Assembly (NCBI GenBank): GCA_030550585.1
Contig: JAUQPB010000001.1
Coordinates: forward strand, 544,001 to 608,000
Reading direction: 5' to 3'
From: Thermoproteota archaeon
GTDB taxonomy: Archaea > Thermoproteota > Thermoprotei_A > Sulfolobales > Ignisphaeraceae
DNA length: 64,000 bases
Both the position numbers and the translations under genes were made by a program. Under the pieces are notes generated by a model. That model was not told where the DNA came from and did no database searches. It saw only the letters and a list, made by a program, of their open reading frames with translations. Below are positions 37,739 through 48,597 of this stretch, one piece after another. Numbering within the stretch: position 1 is the first letter of the stretch; the number at the start of each line of letters is the position of its first letter.

Positions 37739-40069
37739 TTACGGTGCAATCTCTTCAAAAACAGCGCTTTTTTCTCTAACAACAGATCTGTTACCATCTT
37801 TATACACATAAAACACATGGTCTGCTATATCAATAACCTCTCTATCATGTGTAACAACAATTACTTGTGGCATTCTCTGTGAAAGCCTCCTTATGATCTC
37901 GAATACTATTCTTCTCCTCTCCTCATCAAGAAACTGAGTCGGCTCATCTAATATGAAGAAGCCTGGCAATTTTCCAAATATGGTGTATGCTATGGCTATC
38001 CGAAGAGCTATTGCAAGCGCTATGCTCTCACCACCACTCAGCCCCCTCAGATCAATTCTTCCTAGAGGGCTATAAACATCTATGTCAAAGTCCTCATTGA
38101 TTCTTATTTGAAAGTCCATTCCCAATTCATTTAGAATAGAATTTGTATATAGCTCCATTAGTCTTCTAGCCTCTTTTGTGAGGGTTTTTGCTATTAGTCC
38201 ATCTCTACCCATTATGTTGTTGGCTATGATGTCCAAGGCGCCGATTATTTCAACATCTTTTCTAAGCTTCTTAATATCGCTTTCTAAAGACTCTATCTTT
38301 TTTAACAGGCTATCTTTAGTAGTTTCAAGTTCTTTTAGCCTTCCCTCAATAAAATTGGCTTCACTTCTAATTTTCTGCAAATTCATGTTGAGCTCCTTGT
38401 ACTTCAATTCAATATCTTCGTATCTTGTCTTTTCAACGTCTATGCCAAGATCAATAAGCGTCTTTTGAAGCGATTGCAACTCGGTTGAAAGGGTTTGTAG
38501 ATTTGTTCTAAGATCGTTCAGCATCTTTTCAAGCTTTTCTCTTCTATCCTTTAATATTTTCAAGCTTTCTACGGCTTTTCTCTGTAGACATTGCATAGTT
38601 TTAATAATACCAAAATCGTTTAGTTCTATGCACTCGCTGAACTCATCATACAGCTTAGCATCTTCAAGTATCTTCATACCCCGTTGCTTATATTTGGAGT
38701 ATTCCTCTAAGGCCTTTTCTATTTGTTCGCTTAGCGTATCCATTTTTGTACGGAGTTCTGCCAATCTCTCTTTCAATGATTTCAAAGAATTCAGATAATT
38801 CTTTAGAGTAGCCTCAATATTGTCAAGCTCATTTAGAATCTTCTTGCTTTCCCTAATTCTGCCTCCAATATTCGTAAGAATTGATCTCTTAAGATGCTCC
38901 TCAAGAGGTCTTTCACAAACAGGACATGTAGAAGAAGTTGCTATAACATTGACTGATTTTTCGCTTATCTCAATCTCAACTTTTTTCAACTGTTTCTTTT
39001 CTCTAATCTCATCAATTTTGCTTTCTATAATTTTAATATACGCATCTATGTCGTTGGTAGGTGGCGCTTGCTCCAGATGTAGGAAATCTCTAATGTTATT
39101 TAAAAGCGTTTGAAGCTTTGCTTCTTCATCTTTCAATTGTCTCGCTATTTCATCTGCTCTTCTCTTAGCATTTTTATAAATCTCCAGTTTTGAGGCCATT
39201 GAACTCAGATCGAAGTTTGTTATCTCATTGCATATGCTCTCCAATCTCTCATATTTCGAAATTTCATCAAGAATTTCTTTCGCTTGTTTAAGCTTTTCAA
39301 ACTTGTATAACGCGCTTTTCGCCTTCTCTAGTGTCGACACCTCGTTTTCTAGTGGAATCATCTCTTTTTCGAGTTGCTCCTTTCTTTTCTTAAGATTCTC
39401 CAGCTCCTTTTCAATGTGTTCTAACTCTTTTTTGGCTTCATTTAACTGCCTATTTCTCTCATCATACAAAGTCTTTGCTTTGCTCATCTCACTTAAAATG
39501 TCTTTCAAAATCTCCTTTGCTTTTTCAAGCTCGTCTAGACCTAAGAGCTTAAGAATAATCTCTTTTCTCTTTGTTTCACTCTCATCGATGAACTTGGTCA
39601 ACTCATTTTGTCTGGAAATTACAGAGTATCTTATAGCGTCTGACGATGGAACAGAAAGAAGTTTTTCTATGGTGTTTATAACATTTTGCACACCTGTAGC
39701 CAAGGTCCTTTTTATGTTGTCCGGCCCAATCTCTATGAGGTATGCCATGTCAGCCTTTTGATTACTAACAAATCTTTGTACAATGTAGTTTCTTCCACCT
39801 ATATTCATTTCCACTTCTATAAAACCATCAGATGCACCCACCCTCAGAATACCTCTTTTACCCTCTCCTCTAATGCCTTTAGCTGCAGAGGGTGTTGCAA
39901 AAAGCGCATAAAATATAGAGTCGATAATAGAGCTTTTTCCAGCTCCATTGGGGCCTACAAACGCTATTAAGCCGTTTGGCAGTGTTATCTCGGTGTTTTC
40001 ATGGGATAGAATATTTTTTATCTTAATTCTCTTAATGAGTATAGTCTCACTCATACTGTCTGCAATCAC
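37739..40069 (-). CDS. rad50: DNA double-strand break repair ATPase Rad50
   Basis: GPNGAGKSS, coiled coil with CPVC zinc hook, LSGGE, LDEPT, VTH. Confidence 0.95.
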   Translation of the reverse strand: MIADSMSETILIKRIKIKNILSHENTEITLPNGLIAFVGPNGAGKSSIIDSIFYALFATPSAAKGIRGEGKRGILRVGASDGFIEVEMNIGGRNYIVQRFVSNQKADMAYLIEIGPDNIKRTLATGVQNVINTIEKLLSVPSSDAIRYSVISRQNELTKFIDESETKRKEIILKLLGLDELEKAKEILKDILSEMSKAKTLYDERNRQLNEAKKELEHIEKELENLKKRKEQLEKEMIPLENEVSTLEKAKSALYKFEKLKQAKEILDEISKYERLESICNEITNFDLSSMASKLEIYKNAKRRADEIARQLKDEEAKLQTLLNNIRDFLHLEQAPPTNDIDAYIKIIESKIDEIREKKQLKKVEIEISEKSVNVIATSSTCPVCERPLEEHLKRSILTNIGGRIRESKKILNELDNIEATLKNYLNSLKSLKERLAELRTKMDTLSEQIEKALEEYSKYKQRGMKILEDAKLYDEFSECIELNDFGIIKTMQCLQRKAVESLKILKDRREKLEKMLNDLRTNLQTLSTELQSLQKTLIDLGIDVEKTRYEDIELKYKELNMNLQKIRSEANFIEGRLKELETTKDSLLKKIESLESDIKKLRKDVEIIGALDIIANNIMGRDGLIAKTLTKEARRLMELYTNSILNELGMDFQIRINEDFDIDVYSPLGRIDLRGLSGGESIALAIALRIAIAYTIFGKLPGFFILDEPTQFLDEERRRIVFEIIRRLSQRMPQVIVVTHDREVIDIADHVFYVYKDGNRSVVREKSAVFEEIAP

Positions 40070-41262
40070 CTCAACGGCTTTGTCTTGTTCTTCATAAACG
40101 TTGTTAAACTATTGGTGTTGAACTCCATTTCTATCTTTTTTGCTATTTCAGGTCGTTCTTTCAGATAATCGATAATCTTGGTTGCTATAGCCTTTGAAGG
40201 CTCTCTAGCTAGATTGGTAAGAAGGGTTGCAAGTTCATGGTCTTTAACTATAGACTCCATAATTTTCTGCAAATCTAGATACTCAAGATCTTCAGTAACC
40301 GGCTTCTGTGTTGTAGTCTCCTTCGGTCTCTCATCTGATGACACTATTCTAAAGAACTCTATCTCACCATTACTTCGTAGAGATAGCAAATATTTTTCGA
40401 GAATCTCTATGTTAGAACCAAGCACCTCTACGATGACCATTGGCTGTTTAGAGCTCTGCTTTCTAATCTCAGAGAGCATAGCAGTAAGTTCATTTTGAAA
40501 CTTTTGAAAATCTCTATAGGTAATTCTGATCCAGGGTCTTGTACTAGATAGTTTTATGTATTGCGGCGATGGGTAATCTATGTCTAAATCGATCAATACC
40601 ACATATTTTTCGCAACACTCATTCAGTCTGAAAACCTCTGTAGCACCAGGATAAACAACGTGGCAGGGTCCATGTCTGAAATCAGTCTTTATATGGTAGT
40701 CACCCAGAGCTATGTAGTTAGCCCAGTTCGGGAATTGGCTAAGCGAGATATCAGCATATTCGCTTGGAATTCCAAGTTCCTTTAATAGTAGATGGGCTAC
40801 TATAACAGTCTTTGTATTGTTTGCCAAGGGTTTCGCCAATTTTGATATAGAGTGTCTTTGAGGGTAGGGCACCAACACCAGATGTATCTTTTTGTCCTGT
40901 CCAACATCAACATCTTTTTGAACGATTTCGCCTATGGCAAGCACATCAACAACGTTGAGATCTTGTAGCATGTGGAGAGGTGAGGTTGAATATCTCTTTG
41001 GAATATCATGTTGACCTGCTATCACAACTACCTTGATGTTCTTCTCTTTTAATTTTTTCAAGCCTTTGTATGCAACAATATATGCTTCAGGCGGTGGGTT
41101 TGGGGAGTCAAAGAAGTCTCCAGCATGTATATAAAGATTCACCCTCTCCCTCAAAGCGATTTCTATAGTCTCTCCAAATGCTGAGTAAACATCCTTAGCT
41201 CTGGATAGAAGCCCGTATTGTATTGCCCCCAAATGTGTGTCGCTAACATGTAGAGCGAGCAT
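40066..41262 (-). CDS. mre11: Mre11 nuclease
   Basis: SDTHLG, GDFFD, GQHD, LGDYH, YPG. Confidence 0.93.
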   Translation of the reverse strand: MLALHVSDTHLGAIQYGLLSRAKDVYSAFGETIEIALRERVNLYIHAGDFFDSPNPPPEAYIVAYKGLKKLKEKNIKVVVIAGQHDIPKRYSTSPLHMLQDLNVVDVLAIGEIVQKDVDVGQDKKIHLVLVPYPQRHSISKLAKPLANNTKTVIVAHLLLKELGIPSEYADISLSQFPNWANYIALGDYHIKTDFRHGPCHVVYPGATEVFRLNECCEKYVVLIDLDIDYPSPQYIKLSSTRPWIRITYRDFQKFQNELTAMLSEIRKQSSKQPMVIVEVLGSNIEILEKYLLSLRSNGEIEFFRIVSSDERPKETTTQKPVTEDLEYLDLQKIMESIVKDHELATLLTNLAREPSKAIATKIIDYLKERPEIAKKIEMEFNTNSLTTFMKNKTKPLR

Positions 41263-41264
41263 TA

Positions 41265-41293
41265 TCAGCGGCCTTGCACACAGTTAATCATTT
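41265..41293 (-). ncRNA. Possible box C/D guide element overlapping the mre11 5' end
   Basis: ATGATTA-ac-TGTGTGCAAGG-ccg-CTGA; 11 nt complementary to conserved 16S CCUUGCACACA. Confidence 0.35.
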
Positions 41294-41328
41294 ATATAGA
41301 TACTGTTTGCAATGTTATAAACTAGTTG

Positions 41329-43044
41329 CTATATCAGATTAGATATATCTCTATATGCATCCTCACTTTCTTTTGCAAGCCTATTATACATGTCTTTTCT
41401 CGTCTTCAAGGCACTCCAAATACTCGCTATATCAAGTGTAGCGCCAGCCCGCTTGCCACTATGCTTATCTATCTTCACATAGGCTGGGAACCTGCCAATC
41501 CATTCGCCAAGGACTATCGCCTCTCCAACACCAAGAGATGCAAGTGATGTTGCAATATCCTCTGTCAACATATCCGATATGTTCATTATGGCCTGCTGAT
41601 CAGCCTCTTGAACAAGCTTCATAAACACAAAGTTCTGAACCTGGCTCACAGTATTCGAATCTATATTTCTAGGCCTCTGAGACACTATTGCCAATGCCAA
41701 ACCAAATTTTCTACCCTCTCTCGCCACCCTCTCTATGGAGCTCCTAGATATTGTGTGTCTAGATGATGAGAGAAATAGATGCGCCTCTTCAATGAATACT
41801 AGAATCGGATGAGGAGAGTTTCTAGCCAGCATCTGCTTCGAATACGATAAGAGTTCATCCATAACACTCTTTAAACTATAATCCTTCTGTTCGTCGGCGA
41901 GATCAGAAACATTCAAAACAGTTATAGAGGCAGGCTTCAAGAATTCCACTATGCTTGGCGTCGAAAAACTCACTGATACAATATCGAAAAACTCCTCTAT
42001 TTTCGACAACGCCTTTAATGCAGACTCTTTTTCGTTAGTTGAGCTGCTCAAGAAAACTGATACAATCTTTTTGAATAGCTCGAGTAAAATATCATCGGCA
42101 CTAGTGGCATTAGCAATCTCTTCATCGATGTTGATGGATATTTTTTGCCCTCCAAAAAGCTGCTTATGACCCAAATCCGCAAGCAACTCATTTATTTTAC
42201 CACTGCTAACAGCTTCGATGAGTTCCGCACCTGTCCCAAAGCTTGTAATGGCCTTTTCCACAACCTTTTTGGCGACGTCGATTGCTTTTGCAGTCAAAGC
42301 TCTTTGTCTCGTTGCACCCGCCTCTGGTATTATCATCCTCGTCAGCATTCTTGTGGGTATCTTCAGAGGATTGAGCCTATAATCAATTCTCTGGATATCA
42401 ACGTCTGGCGACTGTGGTACAAGATTCCAGTACTCGCCATGAACATCGAATATCAGAACCGTACCGCCTATCGACGCAACTCTATCTGCTATTATGGCGA
42501 CAGTGTTGCTTTTTCCAGAGCCTGTGGTTCCTGTGATGAATAGGTGTTTCGAGAGTGCATTTACATCGACATTTATTTCAACATCGCTTCTCCCTATCAG
42601 ATGGCCAAGTCTGATAGAACCTGTTTTCCCAGATCCAAATATCTTTGAAAGGATATGGGATGGTGCAAGGTATATCTCTGTATCTGGTGGGGGTGGGACA
42701 CTCGGTGTCTCAACATTTCCGTTGATTATATCTGCAAAGATTCTTGCCCTCGAGGGTGCATACCTTAGATTTTCGTCGTCGATACCGATGTTTGTTGATG
42801 AAGATGCTATGAATGTTGGTGTGACAGGAACTATTTTCCTGTAAGACGTTACGCTGATAACTCCGACGGCACAGTGGCTTTTCTTATCGCCTGTCGAAAT
42901 ATCGTAGGCATCGAAAGGTATGGAGACATATGTTCCTAGAGGTATTGGGAGTTTTGAGATTATCTGAACCATGTTAGGGTATGATTCTTCCCCGACTCTG
43001 CCAATGATTATGTCAGATCTACAAAGCGAATTATCCATCATCAA
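41329..43044 (-). CDS. herA: HerA helicase/translocase
   Basis: HAS-like N-terminus, GTTGSGKS, FDVHGEY, IEEAH, REGRKFG, SQRP. Confidence 0.93.
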   Translation of the reverse strand: MMMDNSLCRSDIIIGRVGEESYPNMVQIISKLPIPLGTYVSIPFDAYDISTGDKKSHCAVGVISVTSYRKIVPVTPTFIASSSTNIGIDDENLRYAPSRARIFADIINGNVETPSVPPPPDTEIYLAPSHILSKIFGSGKTGSIRLGHLIGRSDVEINVDVNALSKHLFITGTTGSGKSNTVAIIADRVASIGGTVLIFDVHGEYWNLVPQSPDVDIQRIDYRLNPLKIPTRMLTRMIIPEAGATRQRALTAKAIDVAKKVVEKAITSFGTGAELIEAVSSGKINELLADLGHKQLFGGQKISINIDEEIANATSADDILLELFKKIVSVFLSSSTNEKESALKALSKIEEFFDIVSVSFSTPSIVEFLKPASITVLNVSDLADEQKDYSLKSVMDELLSYSKQMLARNSPHPILVFIEEAHLFLSSSRHTISRSSIERVAREGRKFGLALAIVSQRPRNIDSNTVSQVQNFVFMKLVQEADQQAIMNISDMLTEDIATSLASLGVGEAIVLGEWIGRFPAYVKIDKHSGKRAGATLDIASIWSALKTRKDMYNRLAKESEDAYRDISNLI

Positions 43045-43087
43045 AACCTGTCTGCCTTACCTATAGCTAATGTAGTGTTCTGGATGA

Positions 43088-44767
43088 TTAATAAGCCTCA
43101 CTCAGTGTTATGAGATCCTCGAACAGCATTTTCAAAGCCTCTCTTCTCTTTCTCGATTCAGCCTCTTCAAACGTATTCTTAACTACGACCTCATATAGTC
43201 TAGCCTCCTTTCCAGGAGCAGGTCTAAGAATTCTACCCAATCTTTGTATAAACTGTCTTCTAGACCCTGTTCCAGCGGCTATTATGCCAACATTTGCATC
43301 CGGTATATCTATACCCTCGTCTCCAACTGTGGTTAGGACAAGCACTCTGATAAGCCCTGACTTAAACAGCTCCAACCTGCGCTTTCTAGTGTTTTCATCG
43401 AGCTCGCCAACTATGTAGTGTGTTGCCAGCTGATCGGCTATATTCTTGGCCTGATCAACATACTGCGTAAAGATGAGTATCTTGCTCCCCTTTGCCAGCT
43501 CTTCTTCAACAATCTTTTTAATTGCATCGATCTTCTGCTTTGCATTGGCTACCAACGATCTTATCTCGCTTCTTATTTTAAGCGCCTCCATAGCCTCTGC
43601 ATCACCTTTCTTTGCATCCTCTAAAAGCTGGTTGAACTCCCTTCCTTTAGCAAGCTTTCTGTACCTATCCAGCAACTCTCTATACCTCTTCTTCTCCTCC
43701 TCGGTAAGAGAAACCTTGACCGTTGTAACCTTAAATGGCGCTACATAGCCCCTGTCTGCAAGCTCTTGAAGGGTTTTTGCATAGACGACTCCTCCCATAA
43801 GTGGAAACAATTCAATGTGTTTACCATCTTCTCGTACAACTGTTGCCGATAAACCCATTCTCATCGGGGCAAAGGCATTCTCAGCTATGGCCCTAAACTT
43901 TTCGGCGGGAAGATGATGAACCTCATCAACAATAAGCAAAGAAAATTGGTGGGCAAGGCTATCTATATACCTATATGCTGATTGATATGTTGATATTGTT
44001 ATCGGTGCAACTCTCTTTTCACTACTGTAGAAAAATCCTATGAAGCTCTTTGGAGTATCTGTGAACTCAACTATTTTGTCTCCCCATTGAAACATCTGCT
44101 CCTTAGTATATGTAACAATCAGCGTTTTTACGCCAAGCTCTGCAATAGCTGCAATGGCTATGATGGTTTTGCCTGTACCTGTTGGAAGAGCTATGATCCC
44201 TTTAAAACCATTCTTTCTCCAAGCATCTAGAGCCTCTTTTTGATAGTCTCTCAAATCCCCTTTGAAAGATATTTTTATTGGTAACCTAAGCTCCTTCTCA
44301 ATATTAGTCTTGTTAACAACTTCTATACCCCTCTTCTTTAAATGTTCTAAAACATCGAAGAAATACATTGGCTTAGCTATCTTGAATGCCTTCTTATCTT
44401 TGTTGTAGATGATTATATTCTTCTCTCGGAAATCCTTAATGAGATCCCCTATATAGAAATTGGGTTTGAGGTACACACCATCCACATCCTTAGCAACAAT
44501 AACAACAGGTATATAGCTAGAAACAAGCCTCTTGACATCCTCAATAGATCCTCTTTCAAACTCAACATCATAACCGGCTAGCAGATCTAGGACATCTGCA
44601 GGACTAATTTCTTTGTTGCGTAGAGAATCAGCAAGCTTGTTAACATCTATAACGAATTTGGCTCCGTGATAGTCCTTTCCAACATATTTTGCAAACTTTA
44701 AGAATGTTTTAAAATCTGAGTCGTCTATCCACTCTCTAACATAGAAAACTATTGCATCTCTACTCAC
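43088..44767 (-). CDS. xpb: XPB/Rad25-like SF2 helicase
   Basis: LRDYQ, PTGTGKT, DEVHH, GLSAT..REDG, QRLGRILR; extra N-terminal domain. Confidence 0.88.
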   Translation of the reverse strand: MSRDAIVFYVREWIDDSDFKTFLKFAKYVGKDYHGAKFVIDVNKLADSLRNKEISPADVLDLLAGYDVEFERGSIEDVKRLVSSYIPVVIVAKDVDGVYLKPNFYIGDLIKDFREKNIIIYNKDKKAFKIAKPMYFFDVLEHLKKRGIEVVNKTNIEKELRLPIKISFKGDLRDYQKEALDAWRKNGFKGIIALPTGTGKTIIAIAAIAELGVKTLIVTYTKEQMFQWGDKIVEFTDTPKSFIGFFYSSEKRVAPITISTYQSAYRYIDSLAHQFSLLIVDEVHHLPAEKFRAIAENAFAPMRMGLSATVVREDGKHIELFPLMGGVVYAKTLQELADRGYVAPFKVTTVKVSLTEEEKKRYRELLDRYRKLAKGREFNQLLEDAKKGDAEAMEALKIRSEIRSLVANAKQKIDAIKKIVEEELAKGSKILIFTQYVDQAKNIADQLATHYIVGELDENTRKRRLELFKSGLIRVLVLTTVGDEGIDIPDANVGIIAAGTGSRRQFIQRLGRILRPAPGKEARLYEVVVKNTFEEAESRKRREALKMLFEDLITLSEAY

Positions 44768-44878
44768 AAACTAATCACCATGCGTTAAACTGCTAAAACT
44801 CTTTGTTCGCATATACTACAATGGCTATTTTTATCATAGCCTAGCAGGCTATATATGCTAGACACCTGCTCGCAACTA

Positions 44879-45793
44879 TTATATTCCGAGGATACGTAGC
44901 TCCCCGGACTCAGTTATGAAGCCCCACGGCATTGCATGCGTGTTATATAGTCCAGCCACTCTACCAAATCTGTCCAATGCTATAAACCCTGCCACACCAG
45001 ATCCGTACACACTGTCTATAGACTTTAATACACTGCCTACAGCTTCTTGCACATCTTTACCTTTGCATATATCCTCAACAATTCTAAAGGTTGCATGGGT
45101 CAATATAATGTATTCACCAACACCTGTTGCAACAGCGGCTCCGCACTCATTTGCATAGAAGCCTGCTCCAGGTATAGGAGAATCGCCAACCCTTCCAGGC
45201 ATCTTCAAAAACACTCCGCCGGTGCTTACACCAGCTGCTAAATCTCCATTTCTATCTAGTGCCACAGCACCGACTGTATCTCCAAGCGAAAGCCACGCGG
45301 CTAAACTTTTTGGATATGGAATACTCTTTGCCTCTCCTTTCACAATCCTATTTAGATAGTCTTTGTACAACTCCAACACCTTTTTGGAAGGGCCTGGATG
45401 GGGCTCCAAACCTATCTTCTTAGCTATATTATCAGCAGCATCACCAGCAATAATTACATGATCTGTCTTCTCAAGAACGAATCTAGCTAATTTTATGGGG
45501 TTTTTTGGGTATTTAACATATGCTACAGCTCCAGCTCTTCCACGATACATTACACCAGCATCCATAGAAATAGAGCCGCTTAGGTCAACAACGCTTCCAA
45601 TGCCAGCATTGAAGACTCCCGAGTTCTCCAAAACCTCAACCGCGGAGACCACCATGTCTAAACTTGATCCGCTGTGGTATGCCTTGAACCCCTCTTCCAA
45701 AGCCTGCTTAATTGTCATTTTTACCGTTGCCAACGTTGTGGCGTCAACTCTCCAGCTACCAGCACCACCATGAACAGCTAGCACAACCCTCAT
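44879..45793 (-). CDS. Isoaspartyl peptidase/L-asparaginase (Ntn hydrolase)
   Basis: HGGAG, DTVGAVA, STGG, GRVGDSP. Confidence 0.93.
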   Translation of the reverse strand: MRVVLAVHGGAGSWRVDATTLATVKMTIKQALEEGFKAYHSGSSLDMVVSAVEVLENSGVFNAGIGSVVDLSGSISMDAGVMYRGRAGAVAYVKYPKNPIKLARFVLEKTDHVIIAGDAADNIAKKIGLEPHPGPSKKVLELYKDYLNRIVKGEAKSIPYPKSLAAWLSLGDTVGAVALDRNGDLAAGVSTGGVFLKMPGRVGDSPIPGAGFYANECGAAVATGVGEYIILTHATFRIVEDICKGKDVQEAVGSVLKSIDSVYGSGVAGFIALDRFGRVAGLYNTHAMPWGFITESGELRILGI

Positions 45794-45815
45794 TTTAATA
45801 GCCTTTGCATAATAT

Positions 45816-46271
45816 TTATTTGTATATCAAAATTTTGACTAGGCCGCGCTTTTTCAACACCTTAACTTTGTCGGGGTCTATTTTTGTTGGTATCTCAATA
45901 ACCTCTCTGTATTCGTGGAACCTTGTCTCCCCTCCTTTGCCGCTCCAATGGCTAAATCTAATCTCCTCCTTAAGTCTAGCTCTAATATATATGGTATTGC
46001 CATGAAATCTCACATCTATTGATCCTTCATCAGATTTCGGCAGATCTATCAAAATCTCGTAGTAGTTTCCCCTATCATAGATTGTGTACAAAGGTCTCAG
46101 ATACCCTTCGTGGTGCCACATTGGATACATCATTTCCTTGAAGTGCGACATATCCTCTCTAAAATCTTCTAGGATTTTTCTGAACTCGCTTTCTATCAAA
46201 TCTCTAACACTTCTTTCAATCTCTCTAATTCTCTTGAACAACCTGTCAAATTCTTCGTCAGTCATATCCAC
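45816..46271 (-). CDS. Small heat-shock protein Hsp20
   Basis: Alpha-crystallin-like domain (PLYTIYD..DLP..GLVKI). Confidence 0.85.
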   Translation of the reverse strand: MDMTDEEFDRLFKRIREIERSVRDLIESEFRKILEDFREDMSHFKEMMYPMWHHEGYLRPLYTIYDRGNYYEILIDLPKSDEGSIDVRFHGNTIYIRARLKEEIRFSHWSGKGGETRFHEYREVIEIPTKIDPDKVKVLKKRGLVKILIYK

Positions 46272-46277
46272 ACCTAA

Positions 46278-47054
46278 TTATGTGTATAGCGGTGGTGTGT
46301 ACTCAAGATCTTTTCTCATCTGGGCCAGTCCTCTAACAACATTTTTCATGGCGTCTCTAGCCCTGATTCTAATAGCCTCGGCTTCGTCAAGAAGCTCTTT
46401 AACATCTATGGCCTTTCCTATAATCCTCGATATTATGTCGACATTTTTTGCTGAGGCTTCTGGATCTGGGAACTCGAGAAAGGACTCTGTTAAGAGTAGG
46501 ATTGTGTTTAGCTTTGCTCTGACAAATTCTTTCAATAGTATTGCATATGGACCTGCGAAGAAGCCGTTTTCAAATGGTATCAAATCAAGGTTTTTAACAA
46601 GTTCGAAAGCCTTTTGTGATGTGGCTAAGTAGAATGTTCTTAGTTTCTCTACCTCAAATCTGTTTTGTATGGGCATTCCTGTGGCCAGAAATATGTAGTC
46701 TATACCCTTTCTCTCTAGATAATTTGCCAAAAGCTTTGACAGTTTAATCATGCCCAGTTGTGAAGGCATGAACTCGCTGTAGACAATAAACAGGTTATTG
46801 CCTGCAAAAACTCTGATGGGCGTTCTAAGGGTTTTATTGCTTATCACAGCTACTGGAGGGAGATGAATATAGGAGTCTATGCCCCCAACCTCAGGTAGTT
46901 GAAGGGTTTTTATTATATGCCAAGCACCTATAACACTTACAAGACCGGTATCGGGAAGTGAGATCAATGCGAAACTGGGTTTTTCAATCTCTATGTGCCT
47001 ATACTCAACAATTATGAAATCCTCAAAAAGCTCCTCCTTAAAGATCTCAAACAA
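46278..47054 (-). CDS. PAC2-family proteasome assembly chaperone
   Basis: PDTGLVSVIGA, FPDPEASA, C-terminal HbYX LYT. Confidence 0.88.
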   Translation of the reverse strand: MFEIFKEELFEDFIIVEYRHIEIEKPSFALISLPDTGLVSVIGAWHIIKTLQLPEVGGIDSYIHLPPVAVISNKTLRTPIRVFAGNNLFIVYSEFMPSQLGMIKLSKLLANYLERKGIDYIFLATGMPIQNRFEVEKLRTFYLATSQKAFELVKNLDLIPFENGFFAGPYAILLKEFVRAKLNTILLLTESFLEFPDPEASAKNVDIISRIIGKAIDVKELLDEAEAIRIRARDAMKNVVRGLAQMRKDLEYTPPLYT

Positions 47055-47095
47055 TTCTGATCCCGATAGCTACACCGTTGCAGAAAATATAAAGT

Positions 47096-48457
47096 TTATT
47101 TATTGTTATAGAGCTTTGCAATTCTAATTATCTTCTCCGCCACATCTGTTGCTGTAAAACCGAAGATGTTTATCATAGGCTCCTTCCCCCAGTCACCTCT
47201 ATGATAAACTATATCAGGCACAAACCCAGCTCTTTTAACAGCTTGTTCAATGCCCCACGGTATTGTAGCCCCCTCTAAATTCTTTATCTCTAGAGGCTCT
47301 TGAGACCTGTCGTAAAATGATGTTGTGAATCCGAGTAGCTTAGCTATCTCCAGAATCCTTTCATCGAATCTTATATTGGCTGCTGCCCTGACTCTCTCAT
47401 CGAATTCCATAGCCTTTAAAACAGCTTTTGCCATGTGCCTCGAAGCCCCAAAAGCTATGTTTCCAACAACCTTTATCTTCTTGCCAAACCTCACTATTCT
47501 ACCCACAACACCAGCAACATCATCTATATTTTGCGCATATGGCTTTGGAATAGCCATTACAATGTTCATTCCAACCTCTGGTATGAGAGGGGCTATTAAC
47601 TCACCGTTCTCCTCTAAAATCTCTACAGCTCTAGCAACATTCTCTACAACTCTATATTTCTCAGCTGGTATCATAACCCATGCAACAGGGTTTACAGGTC
47701 CGTGGCCCCTCCCAATATTTAGACCATATCTTATAGCTGTGGTTATGAACTCCTTAGCCGTCTTCACAGCATCTTCAATTGTTTTCCCCTTTGCCAGCTC
47801 AGCTGCTATAGCAGCTGAAAAACTGCATCCAGTTCCATGGGTAGCCTTTGTGTTTATTCTATCAGCCTCAAACTCCTTGAACTTACCATTGTAGTAGAGA
47901 ATGTCTATGGATTTGTCACCCTCTATGTGGCCGCCCTTGACTATGGCAGCCTTTGCCCCAAGCTCTTCAACAATGTATTTCGCAGCTTTCCTAGCATCCT
48001 CAACAGATTTTATCTCCATGCCCACTATCCTCTCAGCCTCAAATCTATTGGGTGTAACAACTGTCGCCACAGGTATGAGATACCTTATCACAGCGTCTAC
48101 AGCATCGCTTCTCAGTAGTGGGGCACCGCTTTTGGCAATCATAACTGGGTCGACGACTGTTGGTATGTTATAGCTCTTCAGAAGCGATGAAACGAGTTTG
48201 ACTATATCGGCATTGCTTAGCATACCGGTTTTCGCAGCATCAACTCCAATGTCCTCTACAACAGCTCTGAACTGCGCCTCGATGATGTGTAGAGGCAAGT
48301 CGAAAACAGCTCTAACCTCGTATGTGTTCTGAGCTGTTATAGAGGTTATGACGCTCATTCCGTGGACTCCCAAAGAAGCAAATGTCTTTAGATCGGCCTG
48401 TATGCCAGCTCCGCCACCAGAATCACTACCTGCTATGGTAAGAGCTTTTCTAATCAT
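47096..48457 (-). CDS. thiD: Bifunctional HMP/HMP-P kinase-thiamine phosphate synthase ThiDN
   Basis: [21 protein letters not shown], ThiN domain with GDWGKEP. Confidence 0.95.
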   Translation of the reverse strand: MIRKALTIAGSDSGGGAGIQADLKTFASLGVHGMSVITSITAQNTYEVRAVFDLPLHIIEAQFRAVVEDIGVDAAKTGMLSNADIVKLVSSLLKSYNIPTVVDPVMIAKSGAPLLRSDAVDAVIRYLIPVATVVTPNRFEAERIVGMEIKSVEDARKAAKYIVEELGAKAAIVKGGHIEGDKSIDILYYNGKFKEFEADRINTKATHGTGCSFSAAIAAELAKGKTIEDAVKTAKEFITTAIRYGLNIGRGHGPVNPVAWVMIPAEKYRVVENVARAVEILEENGELIAPLIPEVGMNIVMAIPKPYAQNIDDVAGVVGRIVRFGKKIKVVGNIAFGASRHMAKAVLKAMEFDERVRAAANIRFDERILEIAKLLGFTTSFYDRSQEPLEIKNLEGATIPWGIEQAVKRAGFVPDIVYHRGDWGKEPMINIFGFTATDVAEKIIRIAKLYNNK

Positions 48458-48597
48458 TGTTCACACCACTGCTGAATAGAGATGTAAGGCTTTTTAATCT
48501 TGATTGCTATGAATGTGGTGTTATGTCGAAGCTTAAGTAAAGCTTTTAAGTTTTAATACTGAACTAGTTGCTGTATAGCCTATGGGTGTCCAGCTCT

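Noticed and set aside
48458-48560. TPP riboswitch upstream of thiDN
   Set aside because: Short divergent promoter region without the conserved TPP aptamer motifs
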